Positions 10,395 through 19,937 of a stretch of DNA of 64,000 bases are shown piece after piece; the first letter of the stretch is position 1, and every line of letters begins with the position of its first letter. Both the position numbers and the translations under genes were made by a program. This DNA comes from an uncultured Alphaproteobacteria bacterium. Its GTDB lineage: Bacteria > Pseudomonadota > Alphaproteobacteria > Rhizobiales > Xanthobacteraceae. Under the pieces are notes generated by a model. The model saw only the letters and a program-made list of their open reading frames with translations. It was not told where the DNA came from and did not search any database. The stretch covers positions 647,041-711,040 of the forward strand of contig CAWHEX010000011.1 of assembly GCA_963828625.1 (NCBI GenBank), read 5' to 3'.

Positions 10395-11464
10395 ATGGCG
10401 TCGGTCGGAATCCGCGACGTCAAGAAGGTGTTCGGTTCGACGCCGGTTATTCACGGCGTCGACATCTCCATCGCTGATGGCGAATTCGTCGTGCTGGTCG
10501 GCCCTTCGGGCTGCGGCAAGTCGACCTTGCTGCGCATGATCGCGGGCCTCGAAAGACATCACCGGCGGCGAAATCCGCATCGGCGATCGCGTCGTGAACA
10601 ACGTGCCGTCGAAAGAGCGCGACATCGCGATGGTGTTCCAGAACTACGCGCTCTATCCGCACATGACGGTCGGCGCCAACATGGGCTTTTCGCTGCAAGC
10701 TGCGCGGCGCGGCGAAGAGCGAGATCGACACGCGCGTAAACCGCGCGGCGGAGATCCTCAGTCTCGTGCCGTATCTCGAACGTTTTCCGCGCCAGCTTTC
10801 TGGCGGGCAGCGCCAGCGCGTCGCGATGGGCCGCGCGATCGTGCGCGATCCGCAGGTGTTCCTGTTCGACGAGCCGCTCTCCAATCTCGACGCGAAGCTG
10901 CGCGTCGCGATGCGCACCGAGATCAAGGAGCTGCACCAGCGGCTCAAGACGACGACGGTCTACGTCACGCACGATCAGATCGAGGCCATGACGATGGCCG
11001 ACAAGATCGTCGTGATGCATGACGGAATCGTGGAGCAGATCGGAACGCCGCTCGATCTCTACGACAAGCCTGACAACCAGTTCGTCGCGGGGTTCATCGG
11101 CTCGCCGTCGATGAATTTCCTCAAGGGCAAGCTGAAGGTGAACGGCACGGCCGGGTTCGAGGGGCCGAATGGTGTCAGGCTGCCGCTCGGCGGCGCGCCA
11201 GCAAACTCGGACGGCAGGCCGGCGGTCTACGGCGTGCGGCCCGAGCACTTCACCATCGCGGACGACGGCGCGGAGGCCGAGATCGTGGTGGTCGAGCCGA
11301 CCGGCTCGGAGACGCAGGTGTTCGCAAAGCTCGGCGGCGAGGAAGTCGTCGCCGTGTTCCGCGAGCGCCACAGGTTCGAGCCCGGCGACAGGGTGCGGCT
11401 GCGGCCCGACCCGACGCTCGTGCATCTTTTCGATGGGGAGACGGGCAAGCGACTGAACGCGTGA
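10395..11464 (+). pseudogene. sugar-type ABC transporter ATP-binding protein (UgpC/MalK-like), two frame breaks
   Basis: Contains Walker [10 protein letters not shown], signature [14 protein letters not shown], Walker [13 protein letters not shown], and a C-terminal TOBE-like domain. The protein can be followed across ORFs 10395..10739, then 10594..11022, then 10766..11464 (frames 0>1>2). The breaks are near 10555 and near 10700. Confidence 0.8.
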
Positions 11465-11544
11465 ACACAAGAAAAGCGAACAAGCCGGCATACGAACCGG
11501 CAGCAAGCATCACACCAGAACGATTTCATAAGGGAGGAATAGGA

Positions 11545-12855
11545 ATGAAGAAGATCACGAGACGCACGGCGCTCAAGGGCGGCACCGCGCTTGTCGGCGG
11601 CATGGCCGGCATTCTGGCGACCGGCCGCGCGCCGGCGTTTGCGCAAGGCTCGACGGTTCACTGGATCCGCTGGAACGACTTCGTGCCGGCATCCGACCAG
11701 CTGCTGCGCCGCGAACTGCTGCCCGAGGCCGAAAAGGCGCTGGGCATCAAGATGAACTTCGAAACCGTCAACGCGAACGATCTGCAGCCGCGCATCACGG
11801 CGGCGATCCAGTCGGGCTCCGGCCCCGACCTGTTCATGCTCAACAACAATCACCCGCAGCTCTACGCCGAGAGCCTCGTCGATCTCTCCGAAATAGCTGA
11901 GCCGCTCGCGAAGGCCGAGGGTGAGCACTATGCGCTGTGCAGAGCGCAGTCCAAGGCGGGCGACAAATGGCTGTCGATGCCGTTCTCGATCATCGGCGCG
12001 ATGATCGCGTACCGCAAATCTTGGTTCGAGGAAGTCGGCTCGCCGAAGTTCCCGGAGACCTGGGAGCAGTACCGCGAGGTCGGCAAGAAGCTGAAGGCGA
12101 AGGGCCGCCCGATCGGGCAGACGCTTGGCCACACCTTCGGCGACAGTCCGACCTTCACGTATCCCTACATGTGGTCGTGGGGCGGCAAAGAAGTCGAGCA
12201 GGATGGCAAGACCGTCAACATCAACACCAAGGAAGTCCTCGAGTCGGTCAAGTTCATGCAGGCGTTCTGGAAAGACGCGCACGACGAGGGCGGCCTCGCC
12301 TGGGACGACTCCAACAACAACCGCGCGTTCCTCTCGCAGACCATCAGCGCCACACTGAACGGCGCCTCGATCTACATCGAGTCGCTGCGCAATCCGGACC
12401 GGTACATGACCGAGAAGAACGCGCAGCTCAAGACCGACGTCCTGCACGCACCGCTGCCGAAGGGCCCGGCCGGACAGTTCGCAATGCACACCTACCACTC
12501 GCATTGCCTGCCGAGTTACTCGAAGAACCAGGCAGCAGCGAAGAACTTCCTGAAGTGGATGCATACCAAGGCGAACTACGAGAAGTGGTTCATTTCGCAG
12601 AAGGGCTTCGCGACGCCGGGCACGCCTGAGTGGGAGAAGCACAAGGTGTGGACCGAGGATCCGGTGATGGAGCCCTACAAGGTCGCCGGCAAGCTCGGCC
12701 TCGCCGTGGGCCATTCGGGACCCTCGAACCGCAAGGCCGCCGAAGTGCTCTCGAAGTACATCATCACGGACATGTACGCGAAGGCCTGTCAGGGCGGCAC
12801 GGCCGAGGACGCGCTGAAGTGGGCCGAGTCGGAGCTGAAGAAGGTCTACACCTGA
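11545..12855 (+). CDS. ABC transporter substrate-binding protein (extracellular solute-binding family 1), Tat-type signal
   Basis: Inside ORF 11461..12855. The ATG at 11545 is preceded by an agggagga RBS. The signal sequence reads MKKITRRTALKGGTALVGGMAGILATGRAPAFAQ. Confidence 0.85.
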   Translation: MKKITRRTALKGGTALVGGMAGILATGRAPAFAQGSTVHWIRWNDFVPASDQLLRRELLPEAEKALGIKMNFETVNANDLQPRITAAIQSGSGPDLFMLNNNHPQLYAESLVDLSEIAEPLAKAEGEHYALCRAQSKAGDKWLSMPFSIIGAMIAYRKSWFEEVGSPKFPETWEQYREVGKKLKAKGRPIGQTLGHTFGDSPTFTYPYMWSWGGKEVEQDGKTVNINTKEVLESVKFMQAFWKDAHDEGGLAWDDSNNNRAFLSQTISATLNGASIYIESLRNPDRYMTEKNAQLKTDVLHAPLPKGPAGQFAMHTYHSHCLPSYSKNQAAAKNFLKWMHTKANYEKWFISQKGFATPGTPEWEKHKVWTEDPVMEPYKVAGKLGLAVGHSGPSNRKAAEVLSKYIITDMYAKACQGGTAEDALKWAESELKKVYT

Positions 12856-13008
12856 GCCGCAACGCGATGCGTGCGGTTGCGGCTGCGCAACCGCACGAAC
12901 GGACAGGCGCTTGATCGGCTGCGCCGTCTCCACCCGGAGGCGGCGCGAGCCGGCAGAAGCCTTCAGCAAGCGCTGGAATCAACCAACGCGCCCGCGGGGA
13001 TCGAGTAC

Positions 13009-13941
13009 ATGGCCTTAGCCGAAGCCCAGGTCGCCTACGCACCGCAGGCGCCGCGCCCGAAGTGGCGGCCGCTGGAGGACGAGCGCTGGCTCGCGTTCCT
13101 CCTGATGGCGCCCGCGCTGATCCTGCTGGCGCTGTTCATTGCTTATCCGTTCGTGAAGGGCATCGAGCTGTCGGTGACGAACACCCGCGTCGGCGTGCCG
13201 GGGGAGTTCGTCGGCATCGCGAACTTCGTCAAGATCTGGAACGACAGCATCTTCCGCACGGCGGTCTACAACACCGTGTTCTACACGGTGATTACGACGA
13301 TCTTTAAGCTCGCGCTCGGGCTGTGGCTCGCGATGCTGCTGAACCGGCACTTCCGCGGCAAAGCGATGGTGCGTGCCTTCATCCTGCTGCCGTTCATCAT
13401 CCCGACGGTGCTGTCCACGTTCGCGTGGAAATGGATGTTCGACCCGACGTTCAGCGTCCTCAACTGGACGTTCTTCAAGCTCGGGCTGATCTCGACGCGC
13501 ATCAACTGGCTCGGCGATCCCGATCTCGCGATGCTGTCGATCATCATCGTGAACATCTGGCGCGGCGTGCCGTTCTTCGCGATCAGTTTGCTCGCCGGGC
13601 TGCAGACCATCAGCCCCGAACTCAACGAGGCCGCCGCCATCGACGGCGCCAAGCCGTTGCAGCGCTTCTGGTACATCACGTGGCCGCTGCTGTTGCCCGT
13701 CACCATGGTGGTGGTGCTGTTCTCGGTGATCCAGACGTTTGCGGACTTCCAGCTTGTCTATGTGCTGACCGAAGGCGGGCCCGCGAACGCCACACATCTG
13801 TTCGCCACCTACGCCTATCAAATAGGGATACGCACCGGCCTGTTGAGCGAGGGCGCCGCGATATCGCTGGCGATCTTCCCGATCCTGTTCCTGGTCGTGC
13901 TGTTCCAGCTCTTCTACATCCGCCGCGTGGAGACCCGCTGA
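13009..13941 (+). CDS. carbohydrate ABC transporter permease (MalF/UgpA-like)
   Basis: Inside ORF 12871..13941, starting at MALAEAQV. It has multiple TM helices and an EAA loop (EAAAIDGAKPLQRFWYITWPLL). Confidence 0.85.
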   Translation: MALAEAQVAYAPQAPRPKWRPLEDERWLAFLLMAPALILLALFIAYPFVKGIELSVTNTRVGVPGEFVGIANFVKIWNDSIFRTAVYNTVFYTVITTIFKLALGLWLAMLLNRHFRGKAMVRAFILLPFIIPTVLSTFAWKWMFDPTFSVLNWTFFKLGLISTRINWLGDPDLAMLSIIIVNIWRGVPFFAISLLAGLQTISPELNEAAAIDGAKPLQRFWYITWPLLLPVTMVVVLFSVIQTFADFQLVYVLTEGGPANATHLFATYAYQIGIRTGLLSEGAAISLAIFPILFLVVLFQLFYIRRVETR

Positions 13942-14792
13942 TGATCGAAGGTGCAATCTGGCGGAAGTGGGTCTTCTTCTACCTGCCGCTCACGCTGTTC
14001 ATCGTGTTCCTGCTGTTTCCGTTCTACTGGATGATCATCACCACGGTGCGTCCGGACGGTGAATTATATCGCCCGTGGAATGCGGTGAACAATTCGCCGT
14101 TCTGGACCTGGAAGCCGACCCTCGATCACTACCGCTATCTGTTCGAGGAGACGCTGTTCGGTAAGTGGCTCTGGAACACGATGTTCATCGCGCTCGTCTC
14201 GACCGCGATCTCGCTGGTGTGCGGCGTGCTCGCCGGTTACGCGCTGTCGCGGCTGAACTTCCCGTTCGCCGGAAGCCTCGGCACCGGCATCTTCGTCACC
14301 TATCTGGTGCCGCAGACGCTGCTGTTCATCCCGCTGGCCGACATCATCCGCAACCTGAAGCTCGGCGATACGCCGTGGTCGCTGATATTGACGTATCCAA
14401 CGTTCCTGATCCCGTTCGTCACCTGGCTGATGATGGGGTACTTCAAGGCGATCCCCAAAGAGCTTGAGGAGTGTGCGCGCATCGACGGCGCGGCGCGCTG
14501 GCAGGCCATGCTCTACATCATCCTGCCGGTCGCGGTGCCGGGCATCCTGTCGGCGGGCATCTTCGCGTTTACGCTCTCGTGGAACGAGTTCATCTATGCG
14601 CTCGTGTTCCTCTCGTCGCCGCAGGAGAAAACCGTGCCGGTCGGCGTCGTGTCGGAGCTGATCCGCGGCGACGTGTTCTTCTGGGGCGCGCTGATGTGCG
14701 GTGCGCTGCTCGGCTCCATCCCGGTCGCGATCGCCTATTCGTTCTTTGTCGAGCACTACGTGTCCGGCCTTACCGGCTCAGTGAAGGGTTGA
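13941..14792 (+). CDS. carbohydrate ABC transporter permease (MalG/UgpE-like)
   Basis: This is the C-terminal 283 aa of ORF 13323..14792, starting at MIEGAIWRKW. The EAA loop reads EECARIDGAARWQAMLYIILPVA. The start overlaps the upstream stop. Confidence 0.85.
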   Translation: MIEGAIWRKWVFFYLPLTLFIVFLLFPFYWMIITTVRPDGELYRPWNAVNNSPFWTWKPTLDHYRYLFEETLFGKWLWNTMFIALVSTAISLVCGVLAGYALSRLNFPFAGSLGTGIFVTYLVPQTLLFIPLADIIRNLKLGDTPWSLILTYPTFLIPFVTWLMMGYFKAIPKELEECARIDGAARWQAMLYIILPVAVPGILSAGIFAFTLSWNEFIYALVFLSSPQEKTVPVGVVSELIRGDVFFWGALMCGALLGSIPVAIAYSFFVEHYVSGLTGSVKG

Positions 14793-14795
14793 TTC

Positions 14796-15884
14796 ATGTC
14801 GCAGGTCGTCATCCGCAACGCGAACAAGAAATACGGCGACGTTCACGCCGTGAAGGACGTGAACCTGCAGATCCGCGACAAGGAATTCATGGTGTTCGTC
14901 GGCCCGTCGGGCTGCGGCAAGACCACGACGTTGCGCATGGTGGCGGGGCTTGAAGCGATCACCTCCGGCGACATCCTGATCGACAACCGCATCGTCAACG
15001 AACTGCCGCCGATGGACCGCGACATCGCGATGGTGTTCCAGAACTACGCGCTCTATCCGCACATGAGCGTGTACGACAACATGGCGTTCGGCCTGAAGAT
15101 GCGCAAATTCGACAAGGTCGAGATCAAGAAGCGCGTTGACCGCGCCGCTGCCATTCTCGACATCGGCGGGTTGCTGGAGCGCAAGCCGCGCCAGCTCTCC
15201 GGCGGACAGCGCCAGCGCGTCGCGCTCGGCCGCGCGATCGTGCGCGACCCGAAGGTGTTCCTGTTCGACGAACCCCTGTCGAACCTCGACGCCAAGCTGC
15301 GCGTGCAGATGCGCGTCGAACTGAAGAAGCTGCATGAGCGGCTCGGCACGACAGCGATTTACGTGACCCACGATCAGGTCGAGGCGATGACGCTTGGCGA
15401 CCGCGTGGTGGTGATGAAGGACGGCTGGGTGCAGCAGGTCGGCGAGCCGCTGGAGCTTTACAATTCGCCCGCCAACAAGTTCGTCGCCGGGTTCATCGGC
15501 TCGCCGTCGATGAATTTCGTCGACGTCACGGTGAGCGGGTCGAACGGCGCGCTCTATGCGGAGAACAAGGGCCTCAAGGTCAGGCTGCCGGCCGAGGTCG
15601 AGCAGCGCCTGAACGGCCACAGCACGAAAGAGATCACGCTCGGCGTCCGGCCGGAGGACATTTCGCTGGCGACCGGTCATGCCGATGAGCTTGTCTTCGA
15701 CGCGAACGTCGAGGTGATCGAGCAACTCGGCTCCGAGATCGTGCTCGACATGAAGGTCGGCGACAGCATGATGGTGGCGTCGGTCGAGCCGAGCACCAAA
15801 GTCAAGGTGCACGATACGCTGCGCCTCGCGATGCGCCCGTCGCGGCTGCATGTTTTCGACGCGCAGAGCGAAAAGGCGATTTGA
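14796..15884 (+). CDS. sugar-type ABC transporter ATP-binding protein (UgpC/MalK-like), intact second copy
   Basis: 362-aa ORF with [35 protein letters not shown] and a C-terminal regulatory domain. Confidence 0.9.
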   Translation: MSQVVIRNANKKYGDVHAVKDVNLQIRDKEFMVFVGPSGCGKTTTLRMVAGLEAITSGDILIDNRIVNELPPMDRDIAMVFQNYALYPHMSVYDNMAFGLKMRKFDKVEIKKRVDRAAAILDIGGLLERKPRQLSGGQRQRVALGRAIVRDPKVFLFDEPLSNLDAKLRVQMRVELKKLHERLGTTAIYVTHDQVEAMTLGDRVVVMKDGWVQQVGEPLELYNSPANKFVAGFIGSPSMNFVDVTVSGSNGALYAENKGLKVRLPAEVEQRLNGHSTKEITLGVRPEDISLATGHADELVFDANVEVIEQLGSEIVLDMKVGDSMMVASVEPSTKVKVHDTLRLAMRPSRLHVFDAQSEKAI

Positions 15885-15914
15885 CCTTTTCGCCGGAGCG
15901 GCGGGTACGCCGCG

Positions 15915-16317
15915 CTATTTATTGATCCACGCCAGCACGATGCCCATCAGCACCACGCGGATGGTGTCGAACACGATCTGCTTGATCGCGACGGCGAGCG
16001 CGATCGGCGTCACCACGTGATAGATCAGATAGGTCGGGATCACGGTCAGGCACGCGACCGCGATGCCGAAGCGGATGCCCTGCATCAGCCAGGGTTTGCC
16101 GTCTTCCTTGCCCTGGTAATAGACCCAGGCGAACGCGGCGCCGAAGATCGCCTGCGCCAGGATGATGAAGTAGACGATCTTCTGCGCCTCGGCGGGCGGG
16201 CGCATGCCCGGCGTCGCGGCGTAATCCGGTCCGAGCAGCACCGCCGTGGATCACGAAGCTCAGCGCCCACGCCATCACGAACATCACGACGGCGGAAATG
16301 ATGCATTTGCGAGTCAT
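15915..16317 (-). pseudogene. small integral membrane protein (about 133 aa, 3-4 TM helices), one frame break near 16245
   Basis: The N-terminus MTRKCIISAVVMFVMAWALSFVIHG lies in the frame of ORF 15919..17085. The rest, VLLGPDYAATPGMRPPAEAQKIVYFIILAQAIFGAAFAWVYYQGKEDGKPW...AWINK*, is ORF 15915..16241. There is an extra g in cacggc-g-gtgctg. Confidence 0.55.
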
Positions 16318-16337
16318 GTCGCCCTCCCGCGCCAGAA

Positions 16338-17452
16338 TCACACGATCATTGTAACAGGCCGTTCGACAAATCCCTTGAAGATCGAGAGCAATTCGGCGCC
16401 GCGCGCGGCGTCGACCGCGCCCGGATCGCAGGCGAGCGTCGCGGTCACCGTCTCGGCAAAGGCGACCGAGCCGTCCGGCGCCTCGATCGGTGCGCGGCGG
16501 CGCGAGCCGATGCTCAGCATCGTGGTCTGCGGCGGACGCACCGCGAGCGCGACCGACGCGATGCCCGGCACTGCTGGCGATGAACACCGCTGTCGATGCG
16601 CGCCGCGCGTCGGCAGCCGTGGCGGCATCGCGCCGCGCCGACGCGATCGCGGTGAGCGGCTGCGATGCGGCATCGCGGATCAGCACGGGCGCGTCCGCAG
16701 CGGCGAGCGCGATGTCGGCCGTCGCGTCCGGCATCGCGCGCTGTAGCGCGGTCGCCCATGCCTTGACGATCACGTCGGCCAGCTCGATTCCCTTTGCGCT
16801 CGGTGCACAGCGCAAGCGCCTCAGCGAGCGCAATGTCCGCCGTGAGTACGAGGCTCGCAGCGGCTTGCGCGGGGGCAGGGGCCTTGCGCGCCGTCTCGAC
16901 GTCGCGTGCCACGATGCGGCCGTGCGGGCCGGAGCCTTTGACGTTTGTGAGATCGATTCCCGCTTCACCCGCGAGCCGCCGCGCCAGCGGCGTGACGACG
17001 GTGCCGCCCGCAAGCCGCGCCGGGCCGAAGTTGCGCTCGGGCGAGCGGACTTCGCGGAAGGGCTCCATCTGGCACCGTGACGCATTCGGCACTACCTCCG
17101 CTCGTTCCCGCGAAGGCGGGGACCCAGTTCTTTCCTGGCTCTGGATGCCCGCTTTCGCGGGCATGAGCGGAGCCTGCGGGGTTGCGGGCGCTTGAGGCTT
17201 CGCCGTCGAAACCGCCTCGCCCTTGCCCTGAATGATCGCCACCACCGCGCCCACCGGCGCGGTCTCGCCCGACTGCACGTGGATGGCCGCGAGCGTGCCG
17301 GCCGCGATGGCCGGCACTTCCATCGACACCTTGTCGGTTTCGATCTCGAACAGGTTTTGGCCCGGCTTAACGGCGTCGCCGGCCGACACGAACCATTTCG
17401 AAATCTTGCCCTCAGCGACGGTCTCGCCGAGCTGCGGCATCAGGACGTCCAT
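16338..17452 (-). pseudogene. E2-like lipoyl-carrier protein of a 2-oxoacid/acetoin dehydrogenase complex (lipoyl domain + E3-binding domain + short divergent acyltransferase-like domain), two frame breaks
   Basis: The lipoyl domain reads MDVLMPQLGETVAEGKISKWFVSAGDAVKPGQNLFEIETDKVSMEVPA. The peripheral subunit-binding domain reads VTPLARRLAGEAGIDLTNVKGSGPHGRIVARDVE. The C-terminal part follows frames 1>0>2 through ORFs 16514..18172, 15919..17085 and 16338..16673, ending ...RPPQTTMLSIGS..ATLACDPGAVDAARGAELLSIFKGFVERPVTMIV*. Confidence 0.65.
17098..17170. repeat. REP/BIME-like inverted pair of ~24-nt units lying in frame inside the E2 linker
   Basis: ccgctcgttcccgcgaaggcgggg (17098-17121) and gcccgctttcgcgggcatgagcgg (17147-17170) are imperfect reverse complements. 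Each contains its own cccgc-N4-gcggg hairpin. The element translates as LMPAKAGIQSQERTGSPPSRERAE. Confidence 0.6.
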
Positions 17453-17478
17453 CGCGGTCTCCCTTTCGCGTCCGGCGA

Positions 17479-18945
17479 TTACCAGATCACCGAGACGTAT
17501 TGCGTCTCCATGGAACTCCAGCATGCCCTCGTGCGCGCCTTCGCGCCCGAGGCCGGACTGCTTGGTGCCGCCGAACGGCGCCGCCGGATCGGAGACCGAG
17601 CCGCGATTGAGGCCGATCATGCCGAATCGAGTTTCTCGGACACGCGCATGCCGCGGCGACAGATCCTTGGTGTAGAGATAGGCGACGAGGCCGTACTCGG
17701 TGTCGTTGGCGCGCTGGATCGCCTCGTCCTCGGACTTGAAGGTCTGGATCGACGCCACCGGGCCGAAAATCTCCTCGTTGAGCATCTTGGCGCCGTCCGG
17801 ACACGTTGGTCGAGCACGGTCGCCGGATAGAAGATAGCCCGGCCCGTCCGGCGTCTTGCCGCCGGTGAGCACCTTGGCGCCCGTTTGCACGGCGTCGTCG
17901 ACCAGCTCGATCACCTTGTCGCGGCCCTCTTCGTTGACCAGCGGGCCGAGCGCGACGCCGTCGTCGAGCCCGTTGCCCATCTTCAGCGCCGCCATCTTGT
18001 CGGTGAGCTTCTTGGCGAACTCGTCGTGCACCTTCTCGTGCACGTAGAAGCGGTTCGCCGCCGTGCAGGCCTCGCCCATGTTGCGCATCTTGGCGATCAT
18101 CGCGCCCTCGATCGCGGCGTCGATGTCGGCGTCCTCGAACACGATGAACGGCGCGTTGCCGCCAAGCTCCATCGCGGCTTGAGGATGTTGTCGGCGGCCT
18201 CGTGCAGCAGCTTGCGGCCGACCTCGGTCGAGCCGGTGAACGACACAACGCGCACGCGCGGATCGTGCAGCATCGCGCTGACCGACAGGCCCGGAGCGGC
18301 GCGACGGGATCGACGTTGACGACGCCCGCCGGCACGCCGGCTTCCTCCAGCAGCGGCATCAGCGCCAGCATGGTGAGCGGCGTCTCGGACGCGGGCTTGA
18401 GCACGACCGGGCAGCCGGCCGCCAAGCGCCGGGCCGATCTTGCGCGTCGCCATCGCGGCGGGGAAATTCCACGGCGTCACCAGCACGGCGACGCCGGCCG
18501 GCTTGTGCTGCGCAACGATGCGCGCGCCGGACGCGGGCGCCATGTAGATCTGGCCGATGTTGCGCACGGCCTCTTCGGCGTTCCAGCGGAAGAACTCCGC
18601 CGAATAGAGCACTTCGCCCTGCTGAATCCGAGAGCGCCTTGCCGTTTTCGATGCGTGATCAGTTTGGCGAAGCGCTCGGCGTCGCGCACGATGAGCTCGA
18701 AAGCTTTGCGCAGAATTTCGGCGCGCTCGCGCGGCTTGCGCGCGGCCCAGCCCTCGAACGCGTCCTGCGCGGCGTCGATCGCGAGCCTTGGCGTCCTCCA
18801 CGCTCGCGCTCGCCACGGAAGCGATCTTGTTCTCGGTCGCCGGGTCGATCACGTCGAAGCGCGCGCCGTCGGAGGATTTGCGCCATTTGCCGCCGATCCA
18901 GAGGTCGGTCGGAACGTTGGCGAGGAGGTTGTCGTACATGGCCAT
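17479..18945 (-). pseudogene. NAD(P)-dependent aldehyde dehydrogenase (succinate-semialdehyde dehydrogenase GabD-like), about 12 frame breaks
   Basis: I followed the conserved sequence by hand through three frames: MAMYDNLLANVPTDLWIGGKWRKSSDGARFDVIDPATENKIASVASASVEDAK / AIDAAQDAFEGWAARKPRERAEILRKAFELIVRDAERFAKLITH / ..GEVLYSAEFFRWNAEEAVRNIG..VTPWNFPAAMATRKIGPAL / AAGCPVVLKPASETPLT.. / SFTGSTEVGRKLL / MELGGNAPFIVFEDADID..EEIFGPV..PFGGTKQSGLGREG..EF / METQYVSVIW*. The relevant ORF-track pieces are 18097..19140, 18477..18689, 17487..18425, 16514..18172 and 17617..17817. Confidence 0.8.
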
Positions 18946-18956
18946 GATGCAATCCT

Positions 18957-19937
18957 TCAGCTTTGCAGCGAGCGCCGCACTGTTTCGGCGATGCGATCGA
19001 CCGTCGGCAGCACGGCATCTTCCAGCGCGTCGGCGGCGGGCAGCGGAATATGCGGCGTCGTAATGCGCACCGGCGGGCCGTCGAGATCGTAGAAAGCTTC
19101 GTCGGCGACGATCGACACGATCTCGGCGCCCCACCCGCACAAACGTGGGTTTTCCTCCACGGTAAACAAGCGGTGGGTGCGGCCGACGGAACCCATGATG
19201 GTCTGCGTGTCGAGCGGCACGAGCGAACGCACGTCCACAACCTCCGCATCGATGCCGTGTTCCGCTTTCAGCTTCTCGGCGGCTTCGAGCGCGCGCGGAA
19301 CCATCAGGGCGAGCGCCAGGATGGTGGCGTCCTTGCCGGGGCGGAGGATCTTCGCCGTGCCGAGCGTGTCGACGATCTCGCCGTCCGGCACCTCGCCCTT
19401 CATCGGATAGAGCGACTTGTGCTCGAAGAAGATCACCGGGTCGGGATCGCGCACGGCGGCGGCGAGCAGGCCGATCACGTCGCGCGGCGTCGAGGGCGCG
19501 ACGACCTTCAGGCCGGGGATCATCATCGCCCAGTTTTCAACGCTCTGCGAATGCTGCGCGCCGAAGCGCGAGCCCGCGCCGTTCGCGGTGCGCACGACGA
19601 GCGGGCACTTGAGCTGGCCGTTGCTCATGTAGCGGCTCTTGGGAAACTCGTTCGCGATGTAGTCGAAGCACACCGCGAAGAAATCCGAGAACATGATTTC
19701 GGCGATGGGCTTCAGGCCGGTCATCGCGGCGCCCATTGCGGCGCCGAGGATCGCCTGCTCGGAGATCGGGCAATCCTTCACACGCCGCTCGCCGAACTGC
19801 TCGAACAGCCCGACGGTCGACTTGAACACGCCGCCGGCCTTGCCGACGTCCTCGCCGAAGAAGATGACGTCGGGATCGCGCTTCATCTCCTGCGCGATGC
19901 CGCGGGCGACCGCCTCGCGATAAGTCAGTTCCGCCAT
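18957..19937 (-). CDS. alpha-ketoacid/acetoin dehydrogenase E1 component beta subunit
   Basis: This is the C-terminal 326 aa of ORF 18957..20402, starting at MAELTYREAVARGIAQEMKRDPDVIFFGEDVG. It contains ..CPISEQAILGAAMGAAMTGLKPI.. and transketolase-like pyrimidine-binding and C-terminal domains. Confidence 0.9.
   Translation of the reverse strand: MAELTYREAVARGIAQEMKRDPDVIFFGEDVGKAGGVFKSTVGLFEQFGERRVKDCPISEQAILGAAMGAAMTGLKPIAEIMFSDFFAVCFDYIANEFPKSRYMSNGQLKCPLVVRTANGAGSRFGAQHSQSVENWAMMIPGLKVVAPSTPRDVIGLLAAAVRDPDPVIFFEHKSLYPMKGEVPDGEIVDTLGTAKILRPGKDATILALALMVPRALEAAEKLKAEHGIDAEVVDVRSLVPLDTQTIMGSVGRTHRLFTVEENPRLCGWGAEIVSIVADEAFYDLDGPPVRITTPHIPLPAADALEDAVLPTVDRIAETVRRSLQS

Noticed and set aside
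16514-18172. A 552-aa ORF that appears to fuse an aldehyde dehydrogenase C-terminal half to a lipoyl/E3-binding protein.
   Set aside because: The natural aldehyde dehydrogenase ending (..EF-METQYVSVIW-TAA) is visible one frame over. An aaagggag RBS precedes the E2 ATG at 17452. The apparent fusion is created by a single extra base near 17510.
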